Source: an uncultured Bacilli bacterium (GTDB lineage Bacteria; Bacillota_I; Bacilli_A; RF39; UBA660). From it: a stretch of DNA of 36,414 nucleotides. This document shows, one piece after another, positions 18,538-27,853 of the stretch (position 1 is its first letter; every line of letters begins with the position of its first letter). The notes beneath the pieces are model-generated. The model saw only the letters and a program-made list of their open reading frames with translations, was not told the origin of the DNA and did no database searches. The stretch lies in NCBI GenBank assembly GCA_947627845.1, contig CANQXQ010000003.1, positions 1 to 36,414 on the forward strand, written 5' to 3'. A program made the position numbers and the translations under genes.

Positions 18538-18630
18538 ATGAATAAAAAATTTTTGAAAATGTTAATATATGGTATTTTAATTGCTATTGGTTTATTTTTA
18601 GCTTATATTATCTTAACTGATATATATTAG
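18538..18630 (+). CDS. 30-aa single-pass membrane peptide (not in the ORF track)
   Basis: MNKKFLKMLIYGILIAIGLFLAYIILTDIY*; purine-rich AAAGGACGGAAG upstream; basic N-terminus then a hydrophobic helix. Confidence 0.55.
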   Translation: MNKKFLKMLIYGILIAIGLFLAYIILTDIY

Positions 18631-18698
18631 ATTGGTAAAAAATTCATATTTACTATCATTAAAATATATAATATAATCTAAAAAAAGAGGGAATATTT

Positions 18699-19586
18699 AT
18701 GATCTTAAATATAAGTGGTCGCACTGATATTGTGGCCTTTTATACGCCTTGGTTTATGAATAGATATAAAGCGGGTTTCCTAGATGTTCGAAATCCTTTT
18801 AATGTTCATTTAGTAAGTCGTATTTATTTTAAGAATGTAGATGCTCTTTTATTTTGTACTAAAAATCCTTTACCCATTATAAAATATTTACCCGAAATAA
18901 ATAAGCCAATTATCTTTCAAATTACTTTAACTCCCTATCAAAAAGATATTGAACCTTATGTTCCTGATAAAAAAGAAATTATTAAAGCAATTAAAGAAAT
19001 ATCTCAAATTATCGGTAAAGATAAAGTTTATATTAGATATGATCCTATCTTTATAAGTCCTAAATATAATCTTGGCTATCATGAAAAAGCTTTTGCTAAA
19101 ATGTGTAAACTTTTAAATGGTTATACTTCAACTATTATAGTATCTTTTTTAGATATTTATAAAAATGTTTTAAAAAATAAACATATTTTAAACTATCAAC
19201 CTTTAACGGAAAATGATTTAAAAACCCTAGGCTTAAGTTTTAGTAAAAGTGCTCGCTTAAATAATATGTCTGTTCAAACTTGTTTTGAAGATCGAAATTT
19301 AGTTGAGTATGGTTTTAAAAAAGGGGAGTGTTTATCATCAGAAATGGCTTTAAAGTTAACTGGTAAAACTTATAAACGCTGGACAGCTCGCCCCGAGAAG
19401 AAATGCCATTGCGTTCAAATGGTTGATATTGGTTTTTATAATAGCTGTAATCATCTTTGTAAGTATTGTTATGCTAATTATGATGAAACCCAAGTTAAAA
19501 ATAATTTCTTAAATCATGATCCCAACTCTTCTTTACTAATAGGCCATTTAAAAGCCGATGATATAATAAAAGAAAGAATAAAATAA
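18699..19586 (+). CDS. DUF1848 family protein (radical-SAM/SPL-like, C-terminal CxxxCxxC)
   Basis: SGRTDIVAFY..WF.NR, TKNP, RYDPI and DIG.YNSCNHLCKYCYAN motifs. Confidence 0.88.
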   Translation: MILNISGRTDIVAFYTPWFMNRYKAGFLDVRNPFNVHLVSRIYFKNVDALLFCTKNPLPIIKYLPEINKPIIFQITLTPYQKDIEPYVPDKKEIIKAIKEISQIIGKDKVYIRYDPIFISPKYNLGYHEKAFAKMCKLLNGYTSTIIVSFLDIYKNVLKNKHILNYQPLTENDLKTLGLSFSKSARLNNMSVQTCFEDRNLVEYGFKKGECLSSEMALKLTGKTYKRWTARPEKKCHCVQMVDIGFYNSCNHLCKYCYANYDETQVKNNFLNHDPNSSLLIGHLKADDIIKERIK

Positions 19587-19653
19587 ATAGTTATTCTAAA
19601 AATATATTGCTTTAAAAGTATTTTCGTTTTAATATAATATATAGGTGAAAGTA

Positions 19654-20292
19654 GTGAAAAAGAGAAGTAAAAAGAATATCTATAATTTTTTTTGGTTATT
19701 TATTTTTGGCAGTGTTTTTGGTTGGATTTGTGAAGTATTATTTAGTTTAGTCGTACACGGGGAATTTATTAATCATTCGGCTTTAGTTATTGGCCCTTTT
19801 GATTTCTGCTATGGCATTTGTGCCTGCGCCCTAACTTGTTTATTATATAAATTTAAAGATAAAGGCGTAATACCTCTTTTTTTCATCAGCTTCACTTTAG
19901 GTTCCATTTTAGAATATATTATGAGTTGGGGCATGGAATTTGCTTTAGGTTTTTGTGCCTGGGATTATAGTCATATGTTTTTAAATCTTAATGGTCGCAT
20001 CTGTTTAGCCATGTCTTGTTTATGGGGCTTTTTAGGTATTATTTGGATTAAAAATATTTACCCTTATATTGCTAAATTAATTGCGAAAATGTCTAGTAAT
20101 TTTGGCCATAAATTAACCATTATTTTAATTATCTTTTTAGCTTTTGATCTTGCTTTAACCGCTAGTGCTGTAATCCGCGCTAAAAAATGGGAGCAAGGCA
20201 TTCCTCCCTCTAACTTTTATGAAAAATTTTTAGATAAAACTTTTAATAAAGATTATTTATATAATATGTTTAATAACAGTTGGGGTAACTAA
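19654..20292 (+). CDS. putative ABC transporter permease (CmpB/DUF1113-like membrane protein)
   Basis: GWICE, GPF..YG, LEY and WDYS...NLNGRICL motifs; GTG 19654 follows an AGGTGA RBS. Confidence 0.8.
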   Translation: MKKRSKKNIYNFFWLFIFGSVFGWICEVLFSLVVHGEFINHSALVIGPFDFCYGICACALTCLLYKFKDKGVIPLFFISFTLGSILEYIMSWGMEFALGFCAWDYSHMFLNLNGRICLAMSCLWGFLGIIWIKNIYPYIAKLIAKMSSNFGHKLTIILIIFLAFDLALTASAVIRAKKWEQGIPPSNFYEKFLDKTFNKDYLYNMFNNSWGN

Positions 20293-20314
20293 ACCTCCAA
20301 AATTTTTTTATGTC

Positions 20315-20356
20315 TTGACAAACTGTATATAATCTGTATATAATATATATATACAG
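20315..20356 (+). promoter_or_regulatory. promoter with YtrA-type GntR operator
   Basis: TTGACA (20315-20320)-18-TATAAT (20339-20344); palindrome CTGTATATA-N5-TATATACAG (20334-20356); extra tandem CTGTATATAAT at 20323. Confidence 0.8.
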
Positions 20357-20367
20357 AAAGGCCAGTT

Positions 20368-20745
20368 ATGGAAATAATTATCAGTAATTCAAATGGAGTA
20401 GCCATTTATGAACAAATAAAAAATCAAATAAAAAGTAAAATTATCACCAATGAATTACAAGTTGGGGAACAATTACCCTCAATTAGAGCATTAGCTAAAG
20501 ATCTTCGTTGTAGTGTTATTACCACAAAAAATGCTTATGAAGAATTAGAAAAAGAGGGTTATGTTAAAACTATACCTGCTAAAGGTATTTATGTTGCACC
20601 AATTAATCATGAATTAGCTCGCGAAGAGGAGTTAAAAAAATTAGAGAATTTACTTGATAATGTTTTACAACTAGCCAAAATAAATAATATTAAAAAAGAA
20701 GAAATTATAAAAATGTTAAACATTTTAGACGAGGAGACTAACTAA
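20368..20745 (+). CDS. GntR family regulator, YtrA subfamily
   Basis: IYEQI, LPSIRALA.DL.CSVITTKNAYEELE; short (125 aa) and ahead of ABC genes. Confidence 0.93.
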   Translation: MEIIISNSNGVAIYEQIKNQIKSKIITNELQVGEQLPSIRALAKDLRCSVITTKNAYEELEKEGYVKTIPAKGIYVAPINHELAREEELKKLENLLDNVLQLAKINNIKKEEIIKMLNILDEETN

Positions 20746-21602
20746 TGGAAAATATTTTAGAAGTAAAAAATTTAACCAAGCAATTTCCAGGCTTTGCTTT
20801 AGATAATGTAAGTTTTACTTTACCCCAAGGCATGATCATGGGAATTATTGGTGAAAATGGTTCAGGAAAAACCACGACTATTAAATCAATTTTAAATATC
20901 TATACTAATTATACCGGCGAAATTAATATATTTGGTTTAAATAATAAAACTAATGATGAAGCTATCAAAGAAAATATCGGGGTTGTATTAGATGATACCT
21001 TTTTCCCAGAAATCTTAAAAGTTGCCGATATAAATAAAATAATGAAAGGCATATATAAGAATTGGGATGAAGCTTTATTTCATAAATATCTTACGGATTT
21101 TAATTTAAATCCTAAAAAAATGATTAAAACTTTATCAAAAGGAATGCGTAAAAAATTAGAAATTGCAACAGCTTTATCGCATCACCCTAAACTTTTAATC
21201 TTGGATGAACCCACCGCGGGTTTAGATCCCATCGCTCGAAGTGAAGTTATCGATTTATTTCAAAGTTTTATTGAAGATGCTTCATGTTCTATATTAATAT
21301 CAAGTCATATTACGACGGATTTAGAACATATTGCTGATTATATAACTTTTATTAATGCTGGTAAAATTATTTTATCTAAACCAAGTAATGAATTATTAGA
21401 TAATTATGGCATAGTTAAATGTAATGAACAAGAATTTTTAAGTTTTAATAAAAGTGATTACTTAAAATATAAAAAAAATCGTTATGCTTATGAAGTTTTA
21501 GTTCCCAATAAACAAGCTTTTAAAAATAAGTATCATCCGGAAGTAATAGATAATATTACTTTAGAAGAACTAATGATATTAATGATTAAAGGAGAAGGGT
21601 AA
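20745..21602 (+). CDS. ABC transporter ATP-binding protein (YtrB-like)
   Basis: GENGSGKTT, LSKGM, ILDEPTAGLDP and SSH motifs; TAATG coupling to the upstream gene. Confidence 0.93.
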   Translation: MENILEVKNLTKQFPGFALDNVSFTLPQGMIMGIIGENGSGKTTTIKSILNIYTNYTGEINIFGLNNKTNDEAIKENIGVVLDDTFFPEILKVADINKIMKGIYKNWDEALFHKYLTDFNLNPKKMIKTLSKGMRKKLEIATALSHHPKLLILDEPTAGLDPIARSEVIDLFQSFIEDASCSILISSHITTDLEHIADYITFINAGKIILSKPSNELLDNYGIVKCNEQEFLSFNKSDYLKYKKNRYAYEVLVPNKQAFKNKYHPEVIDNITLEELMILMIKGEG

Positions 21603-22228
21603 TGAAAGGTTTAATTAAAAAAGATTTATTAATGATCAAAAGTAATTTTAAAACTTTAGGTCTAGTATTTATAATATATGTTATTTTAGCATTTCAAGGG
21701 GAAATGGACATAAGTTTTGCTATTCCTTTTTTAGGCAGTATGATTATGATGTCAACATTTAGTTTTGATAATCTTAATAAATGGGATGCCTATGCTATAA
21801 CTTTCCCTAATGGTCGCAAAAATATTGTTATATCTAAATATTTAGCTAATTTTCTCTTTGTTAGCCTCTTAAGTTTAATTGAATTAGTAATCCTATTTAT
21901 TATTCAGTTTACAGAACATAAACTTAACCCTCAAGTTTACTTTACTATATATACTATGTTTTTTGCAACAATCCTTTTTCAAGATATAATCTACCCTATA
22001 ATCTTTCGTTTTGGTATTGAAAAAGCTCGCATAGCTATCTTTGCGGTTATTTTTAGCTTAGTTATTATTTTAATTGGTTTAGTTAAATTATTTAGTTTTA
22101 AATTTTTAGCTAGTTTACTTTCTATTTTTGAAAATCATATCTTTTTATCATTAACTTTATTTTTAATCATTCTTACTTTAGTTTCTTATAAAATCTCTAA
22201 AAAAATATACTTAAAAAAAGAATTCTAA
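21602..22228 (+). CDS. ABC-2 type permease
   Basis: MKGLIKKDL, P.GRKNIVISKY and C-terminal KKEF; about 6 TM helices; TAATG coupling. Confidence 0.85.
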   Translation: MKGLIKKDLLMIKSNFKTLGLVFIIYVILAFQGEMDISFAIPFLGSMIMMSTFSFDNLNKWDAYAITFPNGRKNIVISKYLANFLFVSLLSLIELVILFIIQFTEHKLNPQVYFTIYTMFFATILFQDIIYPIIFRFGIEKARIAIFAVIFSLVIILIGLVKLFSFKFLASLLSIFENHIFLSLTLFLIILTLVSYKISKKIYLKKEF

Positions 22229-22285
22229 ATATTATTTATTAATGAAAGTTTTACGTTAAAAAAATAAGTGACTAATACCTAAATA

Positions 22286-22314
22286 TTGACATTTTTTTCT
22301 AAATTATCTAAAAT
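22286..22314 (+). promoter_or_regulatory. SigA-type promoter
   Basis: TTGACA (22286-22291)-17-TAAAAT (22309-22314). Confidence 0.7.
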
Positions 22315-22341
22315 TAAATTATCAAAGAAAAGAGGTAAATT

Positions 22342-22698
22342 ATGAAAATAACAATTGATCGAATAATCATGGGAGTTTTAGTTATTATTTTAGCCGGCAC
22401 AAGCATTTTCTTTTATTTAAAATCTGAACATTTAGAAGATGTCATTGATAATGAATTAGATTATCGCTCTACTAATCCGGAAGCTAGTGGTTATATTTCT
22501 AAAGAACAAGCACTAAATATTGTTTTAGATAACTTAAATATTACCCAAAATGATATTTACGATTTAAGTATTGAACTTGATTATAAATATAACGCCACTG
22601 TTTATGATATTGATTTTAAATATAATCGTTATGAATATGATTATTATTTAGATGCTAAAACTGGGGAAATTATTAAATCATTTCATGAAAGAGATTAA
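22342..22698 (+). CDS. membrane-anchored PepSY domain protein
   Basis: N-terminal TM; ISKEQAL, YDIDF and YYLDAKTGEII PepSY motifs. Confidence 0.85.
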   Translation: MKITIDRIIMGVLVIILAGTSIFFYLKSEHLEDVIDNELDYRSTNPEASGYISKEQALNIVLDNLNITQNDIYDLSIELDYKYNATVYDIDFKYNRYEYDYYLDAKTGEIIKSFHERD

Positions 22699-22703
22699 GT
22701 AAT

Positions 22704-24656
22704 ATGAAAAAAATAAATGTCTTTTTAATATCTTTAGTAAGCTTTATATATCTAGAAATAATAATTAAACTATTATTAAAAGAACAAATTTTAGAGACTA
22801 GTTTAATTAATATGCTTATCTTTATTTTAGCTATTAGTTTATTATTTAATCTAATAGTTACTTTTTTTAAAAAAGAACGTCTAAATAAAACAATCTATTT
22901 TACTTTATTAGTTTTTATAACTATTTGGTTTAGTGCAAATTATGTGTTAAAAAGTTACTTTGGTTTTTATCTTTCTTGGCATGCTTTTAATATTGCTGAT
23001 CAATTAGAAAGTTTTGCTGGTAAAGGTGTAATTGAAGTCTTAAAACGTTTACCAGGCATTTTATTAATATTTATACCTTTAATAATAAGTATAATATTTC
23101 ATAAAAAGTTAACTTTTAAAAAATTATCAATCAAAGTTAAACTTATTTATTTTAGCCTCTTTCTTATTACTTTAGGTGCTTATTTTTTAAGTTTAAATTT
23201 TAATAAAGATGAATCTTATTCTCCTTATAGTTTAACCTATGAAGTAAATGATATAAATCTTCATGTGGAAAAATTAGGTATTATGAACAATTTTGTTATT
23301 GATACTTATCGAACTATTTTTGGCTTTGAAGAAAAAATAGCTATAAATGAAAATCCTATCATCCCACCTGCAAGTGATGAACCAACCCTTGAAGAACCCA
23401 AAGTTTATACTTATAATAATTTAGATATTGATTTTAATACTTTACTTAGTAATGAACAAAATTCTACTATTAAGCAAATTCATGAATATATGGCTCATGA
23501 AACGGGAACTTTAAAAAACGAATATACCGGTTATTTTAAAGATAAAAACTTAATTTTGTTTATGGCCGAAAGCTTTAATGAAGTCGCAGTTAAAAAAGAA
23601 CTAACCCCAACTTTATATGAATTAATCCATAATGGTTTTGAATTTACCAATTTTTATACTCCAACTATTTATAGTACTATTGGTGGTGAATTTCAAGAAT
23701 TAACTGGTCTTTATGCTTCTTCTTTAGATATTTTATCAAAATTTAGAGGTGGTAAAGTATCTTTCCCTCAAGGTGTTGCGACCCAATTTCAAAAAGAAGA
23801 ATATAAAACCTATGCTTATCATAATAATACCTATAACTTTCAAAATCGTGATAAATATTTAAAAAGTTTAGGTTTTGATTATTATAAAGCTTGTCAAACT
23901 GGTTTAGAAAAATTAATTAATTGTAATGAATGGCCTCGTAGTGATGTAGATATGATTGATACTACTTTTGATGAATATATAAATGAAGATAAATTTATGG
24001 TATTTTATGCGACTGTCTCTGGCCATTCTGGTTATACTTTCTCTTCTAATGCTATGGCTCGTAAACATGAAAAAGAATATAAAGCCTTTGGTTATAATTA
24101 TTCTGAGGGACCTGCCTCATATCTTGCGGCTCAAATGGAATTAGATCAAGCTTTAGAGTTATTAATTAATAAATTGGAAGCCAGTGGTAAATTAGATGAT
24201 ACAGTCATTGCTTTAGTGGGCGATCATTACCCTTATGAATTAAGTGTTACCGAAGTAAATGAGATAAGTGATTTTAAAAGAGATGCCAATGTTACTATAA
24301 ATAAGAGTAATTTTATCTTATGGAATAATGCGATGTCTAAAGTAACAATTGACAAAGTTGGTAGTCAAATTGATGTTATACCAACAATTTATAATATTTT
24401 TGGTTTAGATTATGACTCTCGTCTTTTTATCGGTAAAGATATTTTAAGTACTGAACCAGGTTTAGCAATTTTCTCTAATCGCAGTTGGGTTTCTGATAAA
24501 GGTATTTATTATGCCGCAAATGGTAAATTTGTTCCTAATGAAAATGTGGAAATACCCGAAAATTATGTGAAAAATATGAACCAAATAGTTACTAATAAAA
24601 TAACTATGAGTCGTTTAATTATTAATAATAATTACTATAGTAAAGTATTTAATTGA
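22704..24656 (+). CDS. LTA synthase family / sulfatase-fold phosphoglycerol transferase
   Basis: About 5 N-terminal TMs; NLILFMAES, STIGGEF (catalytic Thr), TVSGH, GDHYPY and SQIDVIPT motifs. Confidence 0.85.
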   Translation: MKKINVFLISLVSFIYLEIIIKLLLKEQILETSLINMLIFILAISLLFNLIVTFFKKERLNKTIYFTLLVFITIWFSANYVLKSYFGFYLSWHAFNIADQLESFAGKGVIEVLKRLPGILLIFIPLIISIIFHKKLTFKKLSIKVKLIYFSLFLITLGAYFLSLNFNKDESYSPYSLTYEVNDINLHVEKLGIMNNFVIDTYRTIFGFEEKIAINENPIIPPASDEPTLEEPKVYTYNNLDIDFNTLLSNEQNSTIKQIHEYMAHETGTLKNEYTGYFKDKNLILFMAESFNEVAVKKELTPTLYELIHNGFEFTNFYTPTIYSTIGGEFQELTGLYASSLDILSKFRGGKVSFPQGVATQFQKEEYKTYAYHNNTYNFQNRDKYLKSLGFDYYKACQTGLEKLINCNEWPRSDVDMIDTTFDEYINEDKFMVFYATVSGHSGYTFSSNAMARKHEKEYKAFGYNYSEGPASYLAAQMELDQALELLINKLEASGKLDDTVIALVGDHYPYELSVTEVNEISDFKRDANVTINKSNFILWNNAMSKVTIDKVGSQIDVIPTIYNIFGLDYDSRLFIGKDILSTEPGLAIFSNRSWVSDKGIYYAANGKFVPNENVEIPENYVKNMNQIVTNKITMSRLIINNNYYSKVFN

Positions 24657-24665
24657 GGTAAATAT

Positions 24666-25274
24666 ATGCAAGATTATCTAATAAATATAATTGGCTTTAT
24701 TGTATCAATATTTATTGCCTTTCTAACGGCTTACTTTACTAGCCGAGGAAATGAGAAAAAAACTACTAATGAATATTTTAAAAAAGAGGGTATTAAAGTT
24801 CAAAAAAGATTATTAGAATTTTGGACCAATCAATTATTTTATGATGTAAGTAAATGCTGTGAAATTTATAAAGAAGAAGCTAATATATCAAAAAAAGTTA
24901 GCAACACTGAAGTTATTAACATAATTATCAAAGAAGCTTCTATCTATTCATCTAAAGAAACAATAAAAGCTTTAGGAAGTTATCAGCAATTTAATTATAA
25001 TATTCATCATAAGAAAAAAGATAATAAATATTATATGGTAAAAACAATTATAACTCCCTTAAGAATTACTAAAAGAATGAAATATGATTTTACGGGAGAA
25101 AAATTAAACATTTTAGATATTTTAAAAGTAAAATTAAATGATTATGATTATAAAATAGCTATATTATTTTATATTATTGAAATAGAATATTTTATTAAAG
25201 AACATTTATTTTTATTTAGTTTAATTATTATATTATTACTTATGAGTACAATTTTAATTCTTTCTATGTTATAA
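24666..25274 (+). CDS. hypothetical membrane protein (N- and C-terminal TM helices)
   Basis: 202-aa ORF with GAGGT RBS, hydrophobic termini and a Lys-rich soluble core; no family recognised. Confidence 0.7.
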   Translation: MQDYLINIIGFIVSIFIAFLTAYFTSRGNEKKTTNEYFKKEGIKVQKRLLEFWTNQLFYDVSKCCEIYKEEANISKKVSNTEVINIIIKEASIYSSKETIKALGSYQQFNYNIHHKKKDNKYYMVKTIITPLRITKRMKYDFTGEKLNILDILKVKLNDYDYKIAILFYIIEIEYFIKEHLFLFSLIIILLLMSTILILSML

Positions 25275-25294
25275 TACCTAAAGGAGTGATTTAA

Positions 25295-25933
25295 GTGGAG
25301 TATAATAAAATAAAAGATGCCAGTAAGATTATTAGTAATAGTCCTTATTTAATTAAAAATCCTACTAGCTATAAAAATAAATGGTCAAGCCTTTTTGGCA
25401 ATAATAATCCCATTAATTTAGAACTTGGCATGGGAAGAGGGGATTTTATTATTAACATGGCTAAAACTTACCCTAAAATTAATTTTATTGGTTTAGAAAT
25501 ATCTGACTCTCAAATGGTTATGGCAACTCAAAGATTAGTCAATCAAAATTTACCCAACTTAAAATTAATAAATGCCGATGCTCAAGATTTAGATAAAATT
25601 TTTGGTAAAGAAATTAATACTATTTATTTAACTTTTTCGGAACCATGGCCTAAAAAAATTGATGAAAAGAAAAGATTTACCAATATTAATTATTTAAAAT
25701 TATATGATAGAGTTTTTAAAAAACATAAACATATTATCTTAAAAACTGACAATAAAGGGTTCTTTGCTTATTCCCTAGAGACTTTATCACAATATTGGTA
25801 TGTCTTTGATCGCATTAGTTTAGATTTACATCATAACGAAATACCTATTCCTAATATTATGACTGATTTTGAAAAAAAATATTATGAAGAGGGAAGACCA
25901 ATATATTATTTAGATGCTACCTTTACAGATTAA
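25295..25933 (+). CDS. trmB: tRNA m7G46 methyltransferase TrmB-like protein with divergent active-site motif
   Basis: LELGMGRG.F SAM motif, PWPKK, KTDN and MTDFEKK; has FSEPW where FSDPW is expected. Confidence 0.78.
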   Translation: MEYNKIKDASKIISNSPYLIKNPTSYKNKWSSLFGNNNPINLELGMGRGDFIINMAKTYPKINFIGLEISDSQMVMATQRLVNQNLPNLKLINADAQDLDKIFGKEINTIYLTFSEPWPKKIDEKKRFTNINYLKLYDRVFKKHKHIILKTDNKGFFAYSLETLSQYWYVFDRISLDLHHNEIPIPNIMTDFEKKYYEEGRPIYYLDATFTD

Positions 25934-25961
25934 AAAAAAGAATAACTGAATTCTTTTTTTT
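25932..25961. terminator. bidirectional terminator between convergent trmB-like and NUDIX genes
   Basis: AAAAAAAGAAT-N6-ATTCTTTTTTT inverted repeat. Confidence 0.6.
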
Positions 25962-26532
25962 ATTTTAATGTCCTTATTCGTTTAACAATCTTTTCATTAT
26001 TTGGTCTTATAAAACTAACTACATCTTCCTTATAACTATCATCTAAATTTACCCATTTTATTTCACTATTTTCTGAGGGTAAAACTCTAATCTTATTCAT
26101 ATCTTCATTTTTAGCCATCACTAAATACAAAAAATCAAAATGTGTATGAGCAGAAACATACTTTCCTTTTTTAAAATGTCCAGGCGTAGGTATTGCCATT
26201 ATCGCAAATAAATCTTTAGTATAAGGTTTAACTTTTAATACCGTTTCTTCTTCTACTTCTCTTACAGCTACCCCAAGTAAATTAGTTTCTCCATCTGCAT
26301 GGCCACCTGGGTATATAAAGCCCTTTAAAATATTATGATGAACTAAAAGAGTTTTAGTAAAATCTTCATTAACTACAAAAGCCGAACCTGTAAAATGCCC
26401 CAAAATATTATTTCTAGTTAATACATCATCAAAACTATTTATAAATGTAAGCATAGCTATTTTATCATTTAATTCTTGTTCATTAAAAGGCTCAAATTTT
26501 TCTAATTCTTCTTTTAATATATCATTATTCAT
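25960..26532 (-). CDS. NUDIX hydrolase
   Basis: GHFTGSAFVVN, PGGHADGE.......REVEEET Nudix box, H.HFD..YL. Confidence 0.9.
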   Translation of the reverse strand: MNNDILKEELEKFEPFNEQELNDKIAMLTFINSFDDVLTRNNILGHFTGSAFVVNEDFTKTLLVHHNILKGFIYPGGHADGETNLLGVAVREVEEETVLKVKPYTKDLFAIMAIPTPGHFKKGKYVSAHTHFDFLYLVMAKNEDMNKIRVLPSENSEIKWVNLDDSYKEDVVSFIRPNNEKIVKRIRTLK

Positions 26533-26619
26533 AATCCCACCTTAATCATTATATCATTAATTCCTCTTTTTTTCATAGACTAAAAATGCTATAATATACT
26601 TATATTAAGGAGACTATCT

Positions 26620-27828
26620 ATGAACAAAAAATTTATAATCATTCCAAGTATTATTATTTTAATTTTATTAATTACCCTTATCTCTATAAAAGTGTATAAA
26701 AATTACCAAATAAAACATGCTGTAATTATTGTAGAATTACAAGAGCCATTAGAAACCGAATTTTTAAGTAAAGTTAAAGTTTCTGATTTTATTGTAAATA
26801 TTAATGGTAAAATAGTTGATGATTATACCATTGATACAACCAAAGTTGGTCCTAAAAAAATAAAATTTACTTATATAAATGATGATAATATTAAATTAAA
26901 TCAAGAATATATTCTAAATATTAAAGATACGACTGCGCCCATTGTTTGGTTAAGTGGTTCTTATTCTGTTACGGTAGGAAGTGAAATTAATCTACTTGAT
27001 AAAATTATGTGTGGTGATAACTATGATGCTAATCCTGTTTGTGAAATAATTGGCGATTATGATATGAATACCGCGAATACTTACCCCTTAACTTTTAAAG
27101 CCACTGATTCTAGTGGAAATGTGACCGAAAAGAAATTTAATTTATATGTTCGAAAACCAAGCACTGGGGGAGGCTCATCATCTCCTAGTACTCCTTCTCC
27201 TAAAACTGAATTTAGTGATGTAATAGCCAATTATAAGACCGCTAATACCGAAATAGGTTTAGATATTTCGGAATTTCAAGGAGTCGTAGATTTTAATAAA
27301 TTAAAAGAAGCCGGGGTAGAATTTGTTATTTTACGTGTTGGTAGTACGCATGGTATAAAAGGGGATTATTTTGTTGATGCCAAATTCCATGAAAATATCA
27401 AAAAAGCTAATAAAGCTGGAATGCCAGTTGGAGTTTATTTTTATTCCTATGCTAATAGTAAAGAAAAAGCTATTAAAGATGCTAAATGGATTTTAAATGA
27501 AATTAAAGGTTATAAAGTTGATTTACCTATAGCCTTTGACTGGGAAAACTGGAGTTTTTATAATGAATTTAATTTAAGCTTCTTTGGTTTAACTGATATG
27601 GCTAATGCTTTTTTAGATACTTTTAAAGATGCTGGTTATGATGGAATGCTTTATAGTAGTAAAACTTATCTTGAACAAATATGGCTTGAAACTCCTTACC
27701 CTGTATGGTTAGCGCATTATACTAAACAAACATCTTATAAAGGCGATTATAGTTATTGGCAATTATGCAGTAATGGTCATGTATCAGGCATAAATGGTGA
27801 TGTTGATATAAATATTCGCTATAAATAA
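26620..27828 (+). CDS. membrane-anchored GH25 muramidase with Ig-like stalk domains
   Basis: N-terminal TM; DTTAP and ATDSSGN Ig-like repeats; Ser/Pro/Gly linker; GLDISEFQG, GVYFYSYA, FDWE, WLAHY and WQ...G.V.GI.GDVDIN GH25 motifs. Confidence 0.9.
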   Translation: MNKKFIIIPSIIILILLITLISIKVYKNYQIKHAVIIVELQEPLETEFLSKVKVSDFIVNINGKIVDDYTIDTTKVGPKKIKFTYINDDNIKLNQEYILNIKDTTAPIVWLSGSYSVTVGSEINLLDKIMCGDNYDANPVCEIIGDYDMNTANTYPLTFKATDSSGNVTEKKFNLYVRKPSTGGGSSSPSTPSPKTEFSDVIANYKTANTEIGLDISEFQGVVDFNKLKEAGVEFVILRVGSTHGIKGDYFVDAKFHENIKKANKAGMPVGVYFYSYANSKEKAIKDAKWILNEIKGYKVDLPIAFDWENWSFYNEFNLSFFGLTDMANAFLDTFKDAGYDGMLYSSKTYLEQIWLETPYPVWLAHYTKQTSYKGDYSYWQLCSNGHVSGINGDVDINIRYK

Positions 27829-27853
27829 TTTAAATTAGCATATATTTTAATAG

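Noticed and set aside
26236-26250. Nudix box ends EEETVL instead of EEETGL; similarly Fic has KTPEV where KTGEV might be expected
   Set aside because: Single substitutions outside the catalytic residues; cannot be told from drift or sequencing error
26620-27828. GH25 as a prophage endolysin
   Set aside because: It has an N-terminal membrane anchor and Ig-like stalk, with no holin, structural or integrase genes nearby
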